60,525 nucleotides of DNA from a virus: the IMG/VR virus record IMGVR_UViG_3300044764_000010, positions 1 through 60,525 of that record; one strand, given 5' to 3'. Both the position numbers and the translations under genes were made by a program. Positions 1 through 7,356 of the stretch are shown here, piece after piece (position 1 is the stretch's first letter; each line of letters opens with the position of its first letter). The notes under the pieces were generated by a model. The model did no database searches. It saw only the letters and a program-made list of their open reading frames with translations, and was not told the origin of the DNA.

Positions 1-127
1 GTGGGGTTCCGTGAGGCCGGCCTCACGGTGGGCCGGCTCGAGATCTACAAGTTCTGGGGTGGCGGCGTCTGCCGAGTCAAAGAGCAGTACTTCACCGAGG
101 TCCAGCTTCGCGGGTGGCTCATCGGGA
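1..127. repeat. Terminal direct repeat of the contig (identical to 60399-60525); assembly overlap of a circular or circularly permuted genome
   Basis: First 127 nt (gtggggttccgtgaggcc...ctcatcggga) are repeated exactly at the window end. The junction is inside an ORF. Confidence 0.9.
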
Positions 128-366
128 TGGCGGCCGGCTGCGAGGGGCAACTCCGATGGGGTGAGCTGCGAGGTATCCCGCAGACCGATGCGAACTCCTC
201 GTACGACTTCTCGATGTTCCACACGTACGCGCCCGAGATCGGCCTGTCCGAGTCCGAGGCGCGCCACGAGGCCGCGGCGATGCTCGTGGTCCATTGGGAC
301 GAGGTCGAGGAGCACGCACCCGAGCTCGCGCGCAAGGGCCGGTACCAGGGGCGTGATGTGGCATGA
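1..366 (+). CDS. FtsH/M41-like zinc metalloprotease domain protein, 3' part (same gene as 60342-60525 across the overlap)
   Basis: ORF open from the window edge. The joined product starts MSDYSTEDEVTAFHEVSHAV (HExxH) and continues LIGMAAGCEGQLRWGE...DANSSYDF, like the protease half of FtsH. No ATPase domain. Confidence 0.7.
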   Translation: MGFREAGLTVGRLEIYKFWGGGVCRVKEQYFTEVQLRGWLIGMAAGCEGQLRWGELRGIPQTDANSSYDFSMFHTYAPEIGLSESEARHEAAAMLVVHWDEVEEHAPELARKGRYQGRDVA

Positions 367-524
367 GGCGGATCGGTTGGGCGCTCGGTGACGCCAAGTT
401 CTGGCTGCGGTTCGGCGGCCCGATGCGGTTGTGGGACAAGATCGCCCACTCGCGGCTAGGCGCGGTCCTGCCGTTGTGCCGCAACTGCCGGCGCATGGCC
501 AAGGAAATGAGGCGGACCCCGTGA
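363..524 (+). CDS. hypothetical small protein (53 aa)
   Basis: Under 60 aa, so absent from the ORF track. ATG overlaps the upstream stop as ATGA. GC-rich third positions. MRRIGWALGDAKFWLRFGGPMRLWDKIAHSRLGAVLPLCRNCRRMAKEMRRTP. Confidence 0.4.
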   Translation: MRRIGWALGDAKFWLRFGGPMRLWDKIAHSRLGAVLPLCRNCRRMAKEMRRTP

Positions 525-550
525 CGCGCCCGGCGCAGACGAGGTTAGGC

Positions 551-754
551 ATGGAGATCGATGCCTTGATCGGTGAGGCGCGGCTCGAGGACCGCGGCCG
601 CTATGTCCTGATGGACCGGGCCAAGCTCGATTACCTGCGGGACGACATCCTCAAGCTCATCCGGCGCGCGCGTCGCCGGCGGCAGAAGCCACGCACTGCG
701 CTCGCGGTGATCGTGGCCGGCGAGATGAACGCGCCGGATCCGTACTCGGTTTAG
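551..754 (+). CDS. hypothetical protein (67 aa)
   Basis: In-frame ATG inside track ORF 431-754, preceded by gaggt RBS. The N-terminal extension looks like junk. Followed by the terminator at 802-836. Confidence 0.6.
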   Translation: MEIDALIGEARLEDRGRYVLMDRAKLDYLRDDILKLIRRARRRRQKPRTALAVIVAGEMNAPDPYSV

Positions 755-801
755 GATCGACCGGCGGACGGAAATCCGACGCGGTGAAAGACCCGGACGC
801 A

Positions 802-836
802 GCGAGGCCCCTCATTCAGGATCCGAGGGGCCTCGC
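802..836 (+). terminator. intrinsic-terminator-like hairpin
   Basis: 12-bp perfect stem, gcgaggcccctc / gaggggcctcgc, with an 11-nt loop. Lies directly upstream of the promoter at 840. Confidence 0.65.
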
Positions 837-839
837 CTC

Positions 840-868
840 TTGTGTCCCCCCTGTTTGGGGGGTAAGAT
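840..868 (+). promoter_or_regulatory. canonical dyad-spacer promoter (TTGTGT-C6-TGTTT-G6-TAAGAT)
   Basis: -35 at 840-845, 17-bp spacer at 846-862, -10 at 863-868. About 33-nt leader with ggagg RBS before the ATG at 902. Confidence 0.7.
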
Positions 869-901
869 ATTGGTAACACCTCACCACAACAACGGAGGCT
901 C

Positions 902-1144
902 ATGATGGCTCTCGACTACTTCCCCGCGATCGGCACCACGGTTGAGTACGTCGGGAGCCTGACCGACCAGCACGGCACGTACGTCGTCGCCGGCGAATGC
1001 GAGTGCGCCGGCTGCGAGGAGTTCGAGCGCACGGTCACCTCGTTCGCGGGGTACGCGCCGGGCTCCTGTTGCTGGCTCATCCTCGTGGGCAACGGCGTCC
1101 AGCTGGACCACGTCCGGCTCGCGTCGATCAACCTCGCGGCCTAG
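902..1144 (+). CDS. hypothetical protein (80 aa, Cys-rich)
   Basis: Track ORF. ggagg RBS 6 nt upstream. Normal amino-acid composition. Confidence 0.7.
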   Translation: MMALDYFPAIGTTVEYVGSLTDQHGTYVVAGECECAGCEEFERTVTSFAGYAPGSCCWLILVGNGVQLDHVRLASINLAA

Positions 1145-1198
1145 CCCGCTCGGCGGGGGCCACCCGGTCCTCGCCTCCTTTCCTGTCAGGAGATCACC

Positions 1199-1408
1199 GT
1201 GGATACCGAGCGCATCGGGTTTTCCCGCATCGAGGCGGGCCATTACCCCGAGGCCGTCACGTACGACCCGGACCGCGCGGCACAGGACTTGCCCCCGTGG
1301 GCCAACGATGACCGCGGCAGGTTCTACCTCGATTCCGAGGTCAAAGAGGTCCAGCCCGGCGAGTACGACGACAACGGTTTCCCGACCGACTGGAACGAGA
1401 GCACGTAG
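1199..1408 (+). CDS. hypothetical acidic protein (69 aa)
   Basis: Track ORF with GTG start and aggag RBS. Confidence 0.65.
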   Translation: MDTERIGFSRIEAGHYPEAVTYDPDRAAQDLPPWANDDRGRFYLDSEVKEVQPGEYDDNGFPTDWNEST

Positions 1409-1449
1409 GGGTGCCCATCGCGCACCCCGCCAACACGAGGAGGTGCGCG

Positions 1450-1686
1450 ATGGAAGATCTCTGGCTCTGGTTCGCTCGCTGCAGGGACCTCGACCCCGAG
1501 CTGTTTTTCCCGGCTACGGAGGTTGGCCCCGGCGCGGCGCAGGTCGAGGCGGCCAAGGCCGAGTGCGCGCTTTGCCCGGTCCGTGAGGACTGCCTCGAGC
1601 GGTTCATGGGCGAGGAGTTTGGCGTGTTCGGCGGGATGTCCGCCGGCGAGCGCAAGGCGGCTCGGCGTAAGGCTCGAGCCGCGTGA
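1450..1686 (+). CDS. whiB: WhiB-like Fe-S transcription factor
   Basis: ATG after aggagg RBS. Has C-x(n)-C-x2-C-x5-C (ARC...AECALCPVREDC) followed by GVFGGMSAGERK, the WhiB signature. Confidence 0.85.
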   Translation: MEDLWLWFARCRDLDPELFFPATEVGPGAAQVEAAKAECALCPVREDCLERFMGEEFGVFGGMSAGERKAARRKARAA

Positions 1687-1687
1687 C

Positions 1688-1726
1688 GGGGACGCAATAC
1701 CCGAACCATCTGGGTATTGCGTCCCC
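1688..1726 (+). terminator. 15-bp perfect hairpin whose 3' arm overlaps the -35 box and the first Cs of the next promoter
   Basis: ggggacgcaataccc (1688-1702) pairs with gggtattgcgtcccc (1712-1726). Confidence 0.65.
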
Positions 1727-1745
1727 CCATTTTGGGGGGTAAGAT
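1717..1745 (+). promoter_or_regulatory. canonical dyad-spacer promoter (TTGCGT-C6-ATTTT-G6-TAAGAT), leaderless geometry
   Basis: -10 ends at 1745 and the ATG is at 1752 (+7). No SD. Confidence 0.75.
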
Positions 1746-1751
1746 ACGAGT

Positions 1752-2318
1752 ATGACCAAGCATCGCAAGTCCACCTCGCCGGCCCGACTGTGTGCCGGAA
1801 TCGCTGCCGGCGCCGTTTTCATCGGCGTAGGTGTCGCCGGATTCATCCTCCCCGGGGATCCCGCCGACCGGCCCGCGGCTACCTCGCCGAGCATCTCGCC
1901 GGTTGAGCTGCCCGAGGTCATCACCGGCCACGCCTACCCCGCGGCCCGGATGGTTGAGCCCGAGGTTGCCGTTCCCGCTGCGCCCGTCCTCACCGAGTCC
2001 GTGAAGCCGGCCCCGGTCAAGGCGAGCACCGCGCCCAAGACCAAGACGGCCACCGCGCCGACCCCGCCCAAGACCGTCACCGGTGGTACCGGTGCCCGTC
2101 CGCCGGCGCGCTCGAGCATCCCCGTCGGGCCGGACCTCGAGCTCTATTGCACGAACGGCTACCAGCACGCGAACGGCACGTGCTCGAGCACGCCCGAGTA
2201 CCCGACGTTCTCGCAGCCCAACCCGAACTCGCCGTGCTCGGGCACCGCCTCGGCCTGCCTGGACGCGATCAGCGGCATCGTCAACCCCATCGCTGGCCTC
2301 CTCGGGTCCGGCTCCTAA
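1752..2318 (+). CDS. membrane-anchored Pro/Ala/Thr-rich protein with Cys-rich C-terminal domain
   Basis: Track ORF. Basic N-terminus, then a TM helix (LCAGIAAGAVFIGVGVAGFIL), then a low-complexity linker. Confidence 0.75.
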   Translation: MTKHRKSTSPARLCAGIAAGAVFIGVGVAGFILPGDPADRPAATSPSISPVELPEVITGHAYPAARMVEPEVAVPAAPVLTESVKPAPVKASTAPKTKTATAPTPPKTVTGGTGARPPARSSIPVGPDLELYCTNGYQHANGTCSSTPEYPTFSQPNPNSPCSGTASACLDAISGIVNPIAGLLGSGS

Positions 2319-2626
2319 TGGACGCCGCCGTGGTCTGCCTCTGCGGGTCGATGAGGTTTTTTGACGACATGCTGGCAGTCGCGTCCGAGGAGACTGCAGC
2401 CGGCCGAATCGTGCTGGCTCCGTTCACGGTTGTTGCACCCGACGATCAGGGCTCCGCATTGAAATCGGCACTCGACTCCTTGCATCGAGCCAAGATCGAT
2501 CTCGCTGACGAGATCATCGTTGTCACCCGTGATGGGTACATCGGAGAGTCGACGCGGGGCGAGATTGCCTACGCGCAGGAGACGAGCAAAGCCGTCCGGT
2601 ATGTCGATCTCGTCGGTGTGCAATGA
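2318..2626 (+). CDS. conserved hypothetical (CxCGS...GYIGESTxxEI; possibly a nucleoside deoxyribosyltransferase-like fold)
   Basis: In-frame ATG overlapping the upstream TAA (TAATG). The upstream part of track ORF 2147-2626 is out-of-frame overlap junk. Confidence 0.65.
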   Translation: MDAAVVCLCGSMRFFDDMLAVASEETAAGRIVLAPFTVVAPDDQGSALKSALDSLHRAKIDLADEIIVVTRDGYIGESTRGEIAYAQETSKAVRYVDLVGVQ

Positions 2627-2793
2627 CCTTGCGCTTTCAGGTCGAATACGACCAGGTCAAGAACCAGTGGACTGTTTTCGATGTCACCCTCGGCGCGTTC
2701 GGCTGGTTGGCCTCATTCGTCCCCGAGCACAAAGCCCTCGCTTACGAGATGGCTGACCGGCTCAACGTCCGCAACCTCGCCACGACCTCGTAA
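2623..2793 (+). CDS. hypothetical small protein (56 aa)
   Basis: Unlisted ORF with ATGA overlap. MTLRFQVEYDQVKNQWTVFDVTLGAFGWLASFVPEHKALAYEMADRLNVRNLATTS. Confidence 0.5.
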   Translation: MTLRFQVEYDQVKNQWTVFDVTLGAFGWLASFVPEHKALAYEMADRLNVRNLATTS

Positions 2794-2803
2794 GGAGCAC
2801 GCC

Positions 2804-2962
2804 ATGCCACTCAGTGACGCGCAAAAGATCGCCGCTCGCGAAGGAGTTGAGCAGGCCGTCCGCACTCTCGGCCTGTCGCTCCGGACCGAGGCCGAGATCT
2901 GGCAAGTGACAGACATCGTCGTGCACGCCATCGATGACGCCGAGGACCTGACCGACCAGTAA
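2804..2962 (+). CDS. hypothetical small protein (52 aa)
   Basis: ATG after taaggag RBS, inside track ORF 2681-2962. Confidence 0.55.
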   Translation: MPLSDAQKIAAREGVEQAVRTLGLSLRTEAEIWQVTDIVVHAIDDAEDLTDQ

Positions 2963-2971
2963 CCCAAAACG

Positions 2972-3011
2972 TCCCCCGTTCGCCGGATGGCACAGGCCGG
3001 CGAACGGGGGA
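2972..3011 (+). terminator. intrinsic-terminator-like hairpin
   Basis: 15-bp perfect stem, tcccccgttcgccgg / ccggcgaacggggga, with a 10-nt loop. Confidence 0.65.
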
Positions 3012-3036
3012 TTACCACGTTCCAAGAGAGGAACCG

Positions 3037-3306
3037 ATGATCAAGACGAATCGCCGCCTGCGCCTGCTCCGCGCGGTGGCGCTCGGGCGCATGACGTGGC
3101 GCAAGCGGGACGAGGTGCTGTTCTTCCGCGTGCATGAGTCGGGCCGAGGTGTCCGCGAGCTCGGGCTCATGGAGAACGTTCGGATGCGCTGCATGGCCGA
3201 ACTCGATTTCTTCGATCGGATCAACGGTGACGAGATGCTCGCCGATCAGGGCGCGGTCCGCATTTCCGAGCTTGGCCGCGAGACGTTGACCGGGTGGTTG
3301 GCGTGA
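3037..3306 (+). CDS. hypothetical protein (89 aa)
   Basis: Track ORF with agagagg RBS. Confidence 0.65.
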   Translation: MIKTNRRLRLLRAVALGRMTWRKRDEVLFFRVHESGRGVRELGLMENVRMRCMAELDFFDRINGDEMLADQGAVRISELGRETLTGWLA

Positions 3307-3536
3307 GCGATCCAGTCGAACGAGATGGCGCGTGCCCGGGGATCATCTCGGATATTCCCCTGTCCCATCAGTGGGTTCCGGTGGGCCTCGTGCCCGAGCC
3401 GGGCGCACTGCACACCGACGCCTCCATGCTCGGCGCGCTGCCCGTGTTTGAGATCTGCATGTCCTGCAGGACCTCGCGCGTAGAGCTGTTCCCGCCCACC
3501 GAGGACGCCGGCACGGGGATCACCTTCCGCGTGTGA
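3303..3536 (+). CDS. hypothetical protein (about 77 aa)
   Basis: GTG in GTGA overlap with the upstream stop. An alternative GTG lies at 3294. Confidence 0.55.
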   Translation: MSDPVERDGACPGIISDIPLSHQWVPVGLVPEPGALHTDASMLGALPVFEICMSCRTSRVELFPPTEDAGTGITFRV

Positions 3537-3568
3537 CCCCGCGTATTGCCCGCGTATCCAGATCACTG

Positions 3569-3609
3569 AGTGCCCCGTTCCTGGCATGGTCGCCAGAGAC
3601 GGGGCACTC
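3569..3609 (+). terminator. nested hairpin between early-type genes and the capsid gene (terminator or regulatory structure)
   Basis: Outer 10-bp stem gagtgccccg / cggggcactc, enclosing a 5-bp inner stem ctggc / gccag. Confidence 0.4.
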
Positions 3610-3700
3610 GTGCGTTAGCCGCTCCAAGTGGCTTACGGACAGGCGCTCTAAGCACCATCCGGCCCCCGTCGCCCATGACTAGCGATGGAAGGGGCCGACC

Positions 3701-5449
3701 GTGGACCCGAAGCGCATTGCCGAGATTCTCGCGGATCTTGCGAACGCGAGCGACGCCGATATCACAGCGGCTCTGGAAGCGATCAAGGCGCGAGGCACCG
3801 AGCTCGCCCTCGAGGACGCGACCAAGGAGGGCAACGAGGAGCTCACCGGCCTGGTTGCGCAGCGCAAGGCGTTCGCCGCCGAGGTCGCCAAGCGCGCCGA
3901 GGGCACCTCGCTTGCGGATGCACGCAACGCGGCCCTCGCCGAGCTGGACGGCTCGCACGATCCGGCCCGGGACAACATCCCGCAGCCGACCCCCGACAAC
4001 ACCAAGGACGTGCCGGACCCGGGTGCCGCCGGTGAGGTGCCGGGCGGGGACAACCCGGATGCGGCGCCCGAGGTGGACGACAAGGGGAAGCCGGTCAAGA
4101 AGACCGCACCCAAGTCGCGGACCGCGGCGAACATGCCCAAGATCAACGATGGGCGCTCCCCCGAAGCCCCGGAAACCGCGGGCACGGTGGCGATGCGGAC
4201 GCTCGTGCGCGGCGGCGTCCCGGGGTTCGAGGCCGGCACGCAGCTCGATTTCAACTCGTTCAAGAACGCCATGCGGGACCGGATCATTGCCGCGGGTGGC
4301 GAGGGCCGGCAGGACGTGGCGCACGTCGAGTTCACGTACCCCAAGGACCGGCAGCTCGGCGGCAACGCCAAGGACAACACCGACCGGATCGCCGCGGCCA
4401 AGGGCCCGGACGCGATCGTGGCCGCGGGTGGGCTCTGCTTGCCGCTCGAGGTCAAGTACGACATCAAGGTCCTCGGTGTCACCGACCGGCCCGTGCGCGA
4501 CGCGCTCACCCGGTTCGGTGTCGAACGAGGCGGCATCCAGTACCGCGCGCCGTTCGACGCGCTCGCCATGGCTACCGGCCTCGGCGTGTGGACGCAGGCC
4601 AACGATCAGGCCATCGTCATCCCGCCGGCGGACCCGGACACCAACGTCTACAAGTCGTGCCTCACGGTCGACTGCCCCGGCGTGCTCGAGGCGTCCATCT
4701 ACAGCACGTACATGTGCCTCGAGTTCCCGAATATGACCGCTCGGTTTGACACCGAGTGGGTGGGCGCCACGACCGAGGCCGCCATGGTGGCGTGGGCGCG
4801 GTTCGCCGAGAACCAGTTGATCTCGCGCATCTTCGCCGGCTCCAAGGTCGTCAAGGGCCTCGGTGGCAAGCTCTCGGCGATCGCCGATCTCCTCGCTACC
4901 TACGACCGCGTGATCAGCTACTACCGCTACCGCCATCGCCTCAACAGCTCGGTGAGCCTGCGGACGATCATGCCGCAATGGGTCATCGACATGCTTCGCA
5001 CGGACCTCGCGCGACGGATGACGATGGCATCGCCGGCCGAGCTGTTCTCGATCGCACAGGCGCAGCTCGAGGCATGGTTCAACACCCGCGGCGTCAACGT
5101 CACGTGGCACCTGGACGGGCTCGCCGGTGCCACCGTGAACGGCGTCGTCATCCCCGCACAGACCTACGCGGATCTCGCTGCAGGTCAGGCCATCCCCGAT
5201 TGGCCTACTTCGGTCGACTCGGTGCTGTTTGTCGAGGGTGACTGGCTGTTCCTCGATGGCGGCACGCTGGACCTCGGACTCGTCCGGGACTCGGCGCTCA
5301 ACCGTCGGAACCGCTACCAGACGTTTGTCGAGACGTTCGAGGGTGTCGCGTTCGACGGCAAGGAGTCGCTCCGTGTCGTCATGCCGCTCGAGCCGATCGG
5401 CTCGGCAGCGGGCACCAAGGCCCCGGCTGACTGGGACACCATCGCGTAA
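3701..5449 (+). CDS. major capsid protein (HK97-fold type) with about 190-aa N-terminal helical scaffold/delta-like region
   Basis: 582-aa track ORF, GTG start after ggaagggg. N-terminus is coiled-coil/acidic. The C-terminus (...LVRDSALNRRNRYQTFVETFEGVAF...) resembles capsid C-terminal strands. Position fits. Confidence 0.65.
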   Translation: MDPKRIAEILADLANASDADITAALEAIKARGTELALEDATKEGNEELTGLVAQRKAFAAEVAKRAEGTSLADARNAALAELDGSHDPARDNIPQPTPDNTKDVPDPGAAGEVPGGDNPDAAPEVDDKGKPVKKTAPKSRTAANMPKINDGRSPEAPETAGTVAMRTLVRGGVPGFEAGTQLDFNSFKNAMRDRIIAAGGEGRQDVAHVEFTYPKDRQLGGNAKDNTDRIAAAKGPDAIVAAGGLCLPLEVKYDIKVLGVTDRPVRDALTRFGVERGGIQYRAPFDALAMATGLGVWTQANDQAIVIPPADPDTNVYKSCLTVDCPGVLEASIYSTYMCLEFPNMTARFDTEWVGATTEAAMVAWARFAENQLISRIFAGSKVVKGLGGKLSAIADLLATYDRVISYYRYRHRLNSSVSLRTIMPQWVIDMLRTDLARRMTMASPAELFSIAQAQLEAWFNTRGVNVTWHLDGLAGATVNGVVIPAQTYADLAAGQAIPDWPTSVDSVLFVEGDWLFLDGGTLDLGLVRDSALNRRNRYQTFVETFEGVAFDGKESLRVVMPLEPIGSAAGTKAPADWDTIA

Positions 5450-5519
5450 GTGATGGCCGGCCGGCGCACCCCGACAGTGCGCCGGCTCCTGTTCCAGCTA
5501 CGGCGAGAGGAGCCGAGAC

Positions 5520-6674
5520 ATGCTGTACACCGAGGTTGCTGCGTTCCGCGCGGCTCCCCAATCTGCCGCCAACCTGCTCGCCTCGGCCCTCAAGCCCGGA
5601 TCCAGCGACAACCGGTGGATGGAGGGGTTTGCGTTCCGCGGCGAGACGTGCCCCAACCTGCAGGTGTTCGGCCCGTGTTCCGAGCCGGACCTTCCCGAGG
5701 GCGACCTGTCGCTACCGGTCTACGTCCGGCCGTCCGGCTACCGCGTGCAGGACACCTGCAGCACGCTCGAGCGTGGGTTCGATGACGCTCGAGTGACCAG
5801 GCTTGCCGAGGCCGTCGCAAGCTATGCGGTGGCCAACGAACTGTGGACCGGCGCCGGCACGCTGGCCGAACCGTTCGAGGACGAGGCGCCCAACGGCGCA
5901 GTGCTCAACCCGTATCTCGCGGATGACAACGCGGTGATCATCCCGGACTCGGGAGCCACCGCCGTCACGTCCGCGCTGGACGCCATTGGGCTACTCGAGC
6001 AAACGGCCCGCGAGAAGACCCGCGGGCAACAGGTGTTCCTACACCTGCCAATCCGGCTCATCACCCGCATCGGTGCGCAGCTCGTGCGAGTAGGCAACGA
6101 GATCCGCACGCATACGGACGCGATCGTCATCGCAGACGCCGGCTACCCCGGCGCGGGCCCGATGGACGAGGGCACCACCGAGGCGCAGCTCGTGACCATC
6201 ACGGGCGCGCCCACCGGCGGCACGTTCACGCTCACCAACCAGGGCCAGACCACCGGCCCGATCGCATTCAACGCCGCGCCGGCCGCGGTCCGCACTGCGC
6301 TCGAGGCCCTCTCGAACGTGGAACCGGGCGATGTGGCGGTGACGGGCGCGAACGGCGGCCCGTGGACGGTCACGTTCCTCACCCCGGGCAACGTCCCGCA
6401 GATGACCGCATCCGGCGCCGGCCTGACCGGTGGGGCTGCGCCAGCCGTAGGCGTCACCACGACCACCCCGGGCGTTGCTCGCGTCCAGCTGCCGGGCCTG
6501 TGGGCCTACGCAACGGGACCGGTCGAGGTGCGGCTCGGGCCGGTCGTGACCATGGCGGAAATGGCCGTCACGGTCAACCGGCAGTCCAACGAGCGACAGG
6601 TATGGGCTGACCGGATGTTCGCCTCGGCGTTCGATCCGTGCTGCCAGTTCGCTATCGAAATCCCGACCACGTAA
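5520..6674 (+). CDS. second capsid-fold protein with an inserted domain of about 95 aa (possible pentamer/vertex or auxiliary capsid protein)
   Basis: gagaggag RBS. Contains NRWMEGFAF..C, AVANELWTG and a C-terminal NRQSNERQVWADRMFASAF, all reminiscent of HK97-like capsids. An insert TGGTFTLTNQGQTTGPIAFNAAPAAVRTALEAL lies at aa 221-318. Confidence 0.45.
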   Translation: MLYTEVAAFRAAPQSAANLLASALKPGSSDNRWMEGFAFRGETCPNLQVFGPCSEPDLPEGDLSLPVYVRPSGYRVQDTCSTLERGFDDARVTRLAEAVASYAVANELWTGAGTLAEPFEDEAPNGAVLNPYLADDNAVIIPDSGATAVTSALDAIGLLEQTAREKTRGQQVFLHLPIRLITRIGAQLVRVGNEIRTHTDAIVIADAGYPGAGPMDEGTTEAQLVTITGAPTGGTFTLTNQGQTTGPIAFNAAPAAVRTALEALSNVEPGDVAVTGANGGPWTVTFLTPGNVPQMTASGAGLTGGAAPAVGVTTTTPGVARVQLPGLWAYATGPVEVRLGPVVTMAEMAVTVNRQSNERQVWADRMFASAFDPCCQFAIEIPTT

Positions 6675-6687
6675 CGAGGAGATCCCC

Positions 6688-7356
6688 ATGGCATACGACG
6701 GAGCGGGAACGCTGTTTGCCCTCGGCATCCGCGTTACCAAGCTCGGCCCGAACGGCGCGCCTCTCGTGGGCGCCGGCAACGCCTACGTGTCCGACGCTCT
6801 CGTCAAGACCGAGATCGGGCTCGAGTACGAGGACGCCAAGCAGGTGACGCAGCTCAACGGAACCGGCGTTGCGTGCGTCAACTACCAGGCGCCCTACACG
6901 CTCAAGCGCGGTTCCATCAAGGGCCTGCAGATCTGCACGCCGGACCCGAACCTCACTCAGTTCCTCATCGGTGGTGAGGTCATCGTGGATGCCGCGCCGA
7001 CCCCCAACCAGATCGGTTACCGGGCCCCGCAGACCGGGGTCGAGGAGGTGCCCGACGGCGTGTCGCTCGAGTTCTGGTCGCGCGCGGTGATCGGCTCGGC
7101 GCTCGCGAACACGCTGCCCTACTTCCACTGGATCCTGCCGCGCGCCTACCTCGTGCCGGCCGGCTCGTGGGTGCTCGGCGGTACCGAGGCGATGATCCCC
7201 GAGTTCGACGGCTACTCGGTCCAGAACGCTGGTTGGGGCACCGGGCCCGAGGACGATTTCGACTACCCGTCGGATCGCGTCTGGCAGTACGTGCGTGAGG
7301 CAGCGCTCCCCGATCTGGATGCCGGCCTCGTGCCGGTGGTGGCACAGGTTCCGTGA
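6688..7356 (+). CDS. virion structural protein (possible major tail/tube protein)
   Basis: 222-aa track ORF with gaggag RBS. Beta-rich composition. The function call is a guess from composition and from the absence of another tube candidate. Confidence 0.35.
   Translation: MAYDGAGTLFALGIRVTKLGPNGAPLVGAGNAYVSDALVKTEIGLEYEDAKQVTQLNGTGVACVNYQAPYTLKRGSIKGLQICTPDPNLTQFLIGGEVIVDAAPTPNQIGYRAPQTGVEEVPDGVSLEFWSRAVIGSALANTLPYFHWILPRAYLVPAGSWVLGGTEAMIPEFDGYSVQNAGWGTGPEDDFDYPSDRVWQYVREAALPDLDAGLVPVVAQVP

Noticed and set aside
1-127. Treating the 127-bp terminal repeat as a biological direct terminal repeat or LTR-like element.
   Set aside because: It cuts through an ORF, and its length equals a common maximum assembler k-mer. 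It is best explained as circular-contig overlap.
3563-5110. Very long antisense or out-of-frame ORFs in the track, for example 3563-5110 (-), 10964-12163 (-), 14117-16519 (-), 25087-26412 (-), 38447-40180 (+), 43555-45315 (-) and 50329-51723 (-).
   Set aside because: They lie opposite or out of frame to genes with recognisable products. Their translations are dominated by R/G/P/A/H/D runs typical of non-coding frames in high-GC DNA. They also lack RBS or start-stop coupling.
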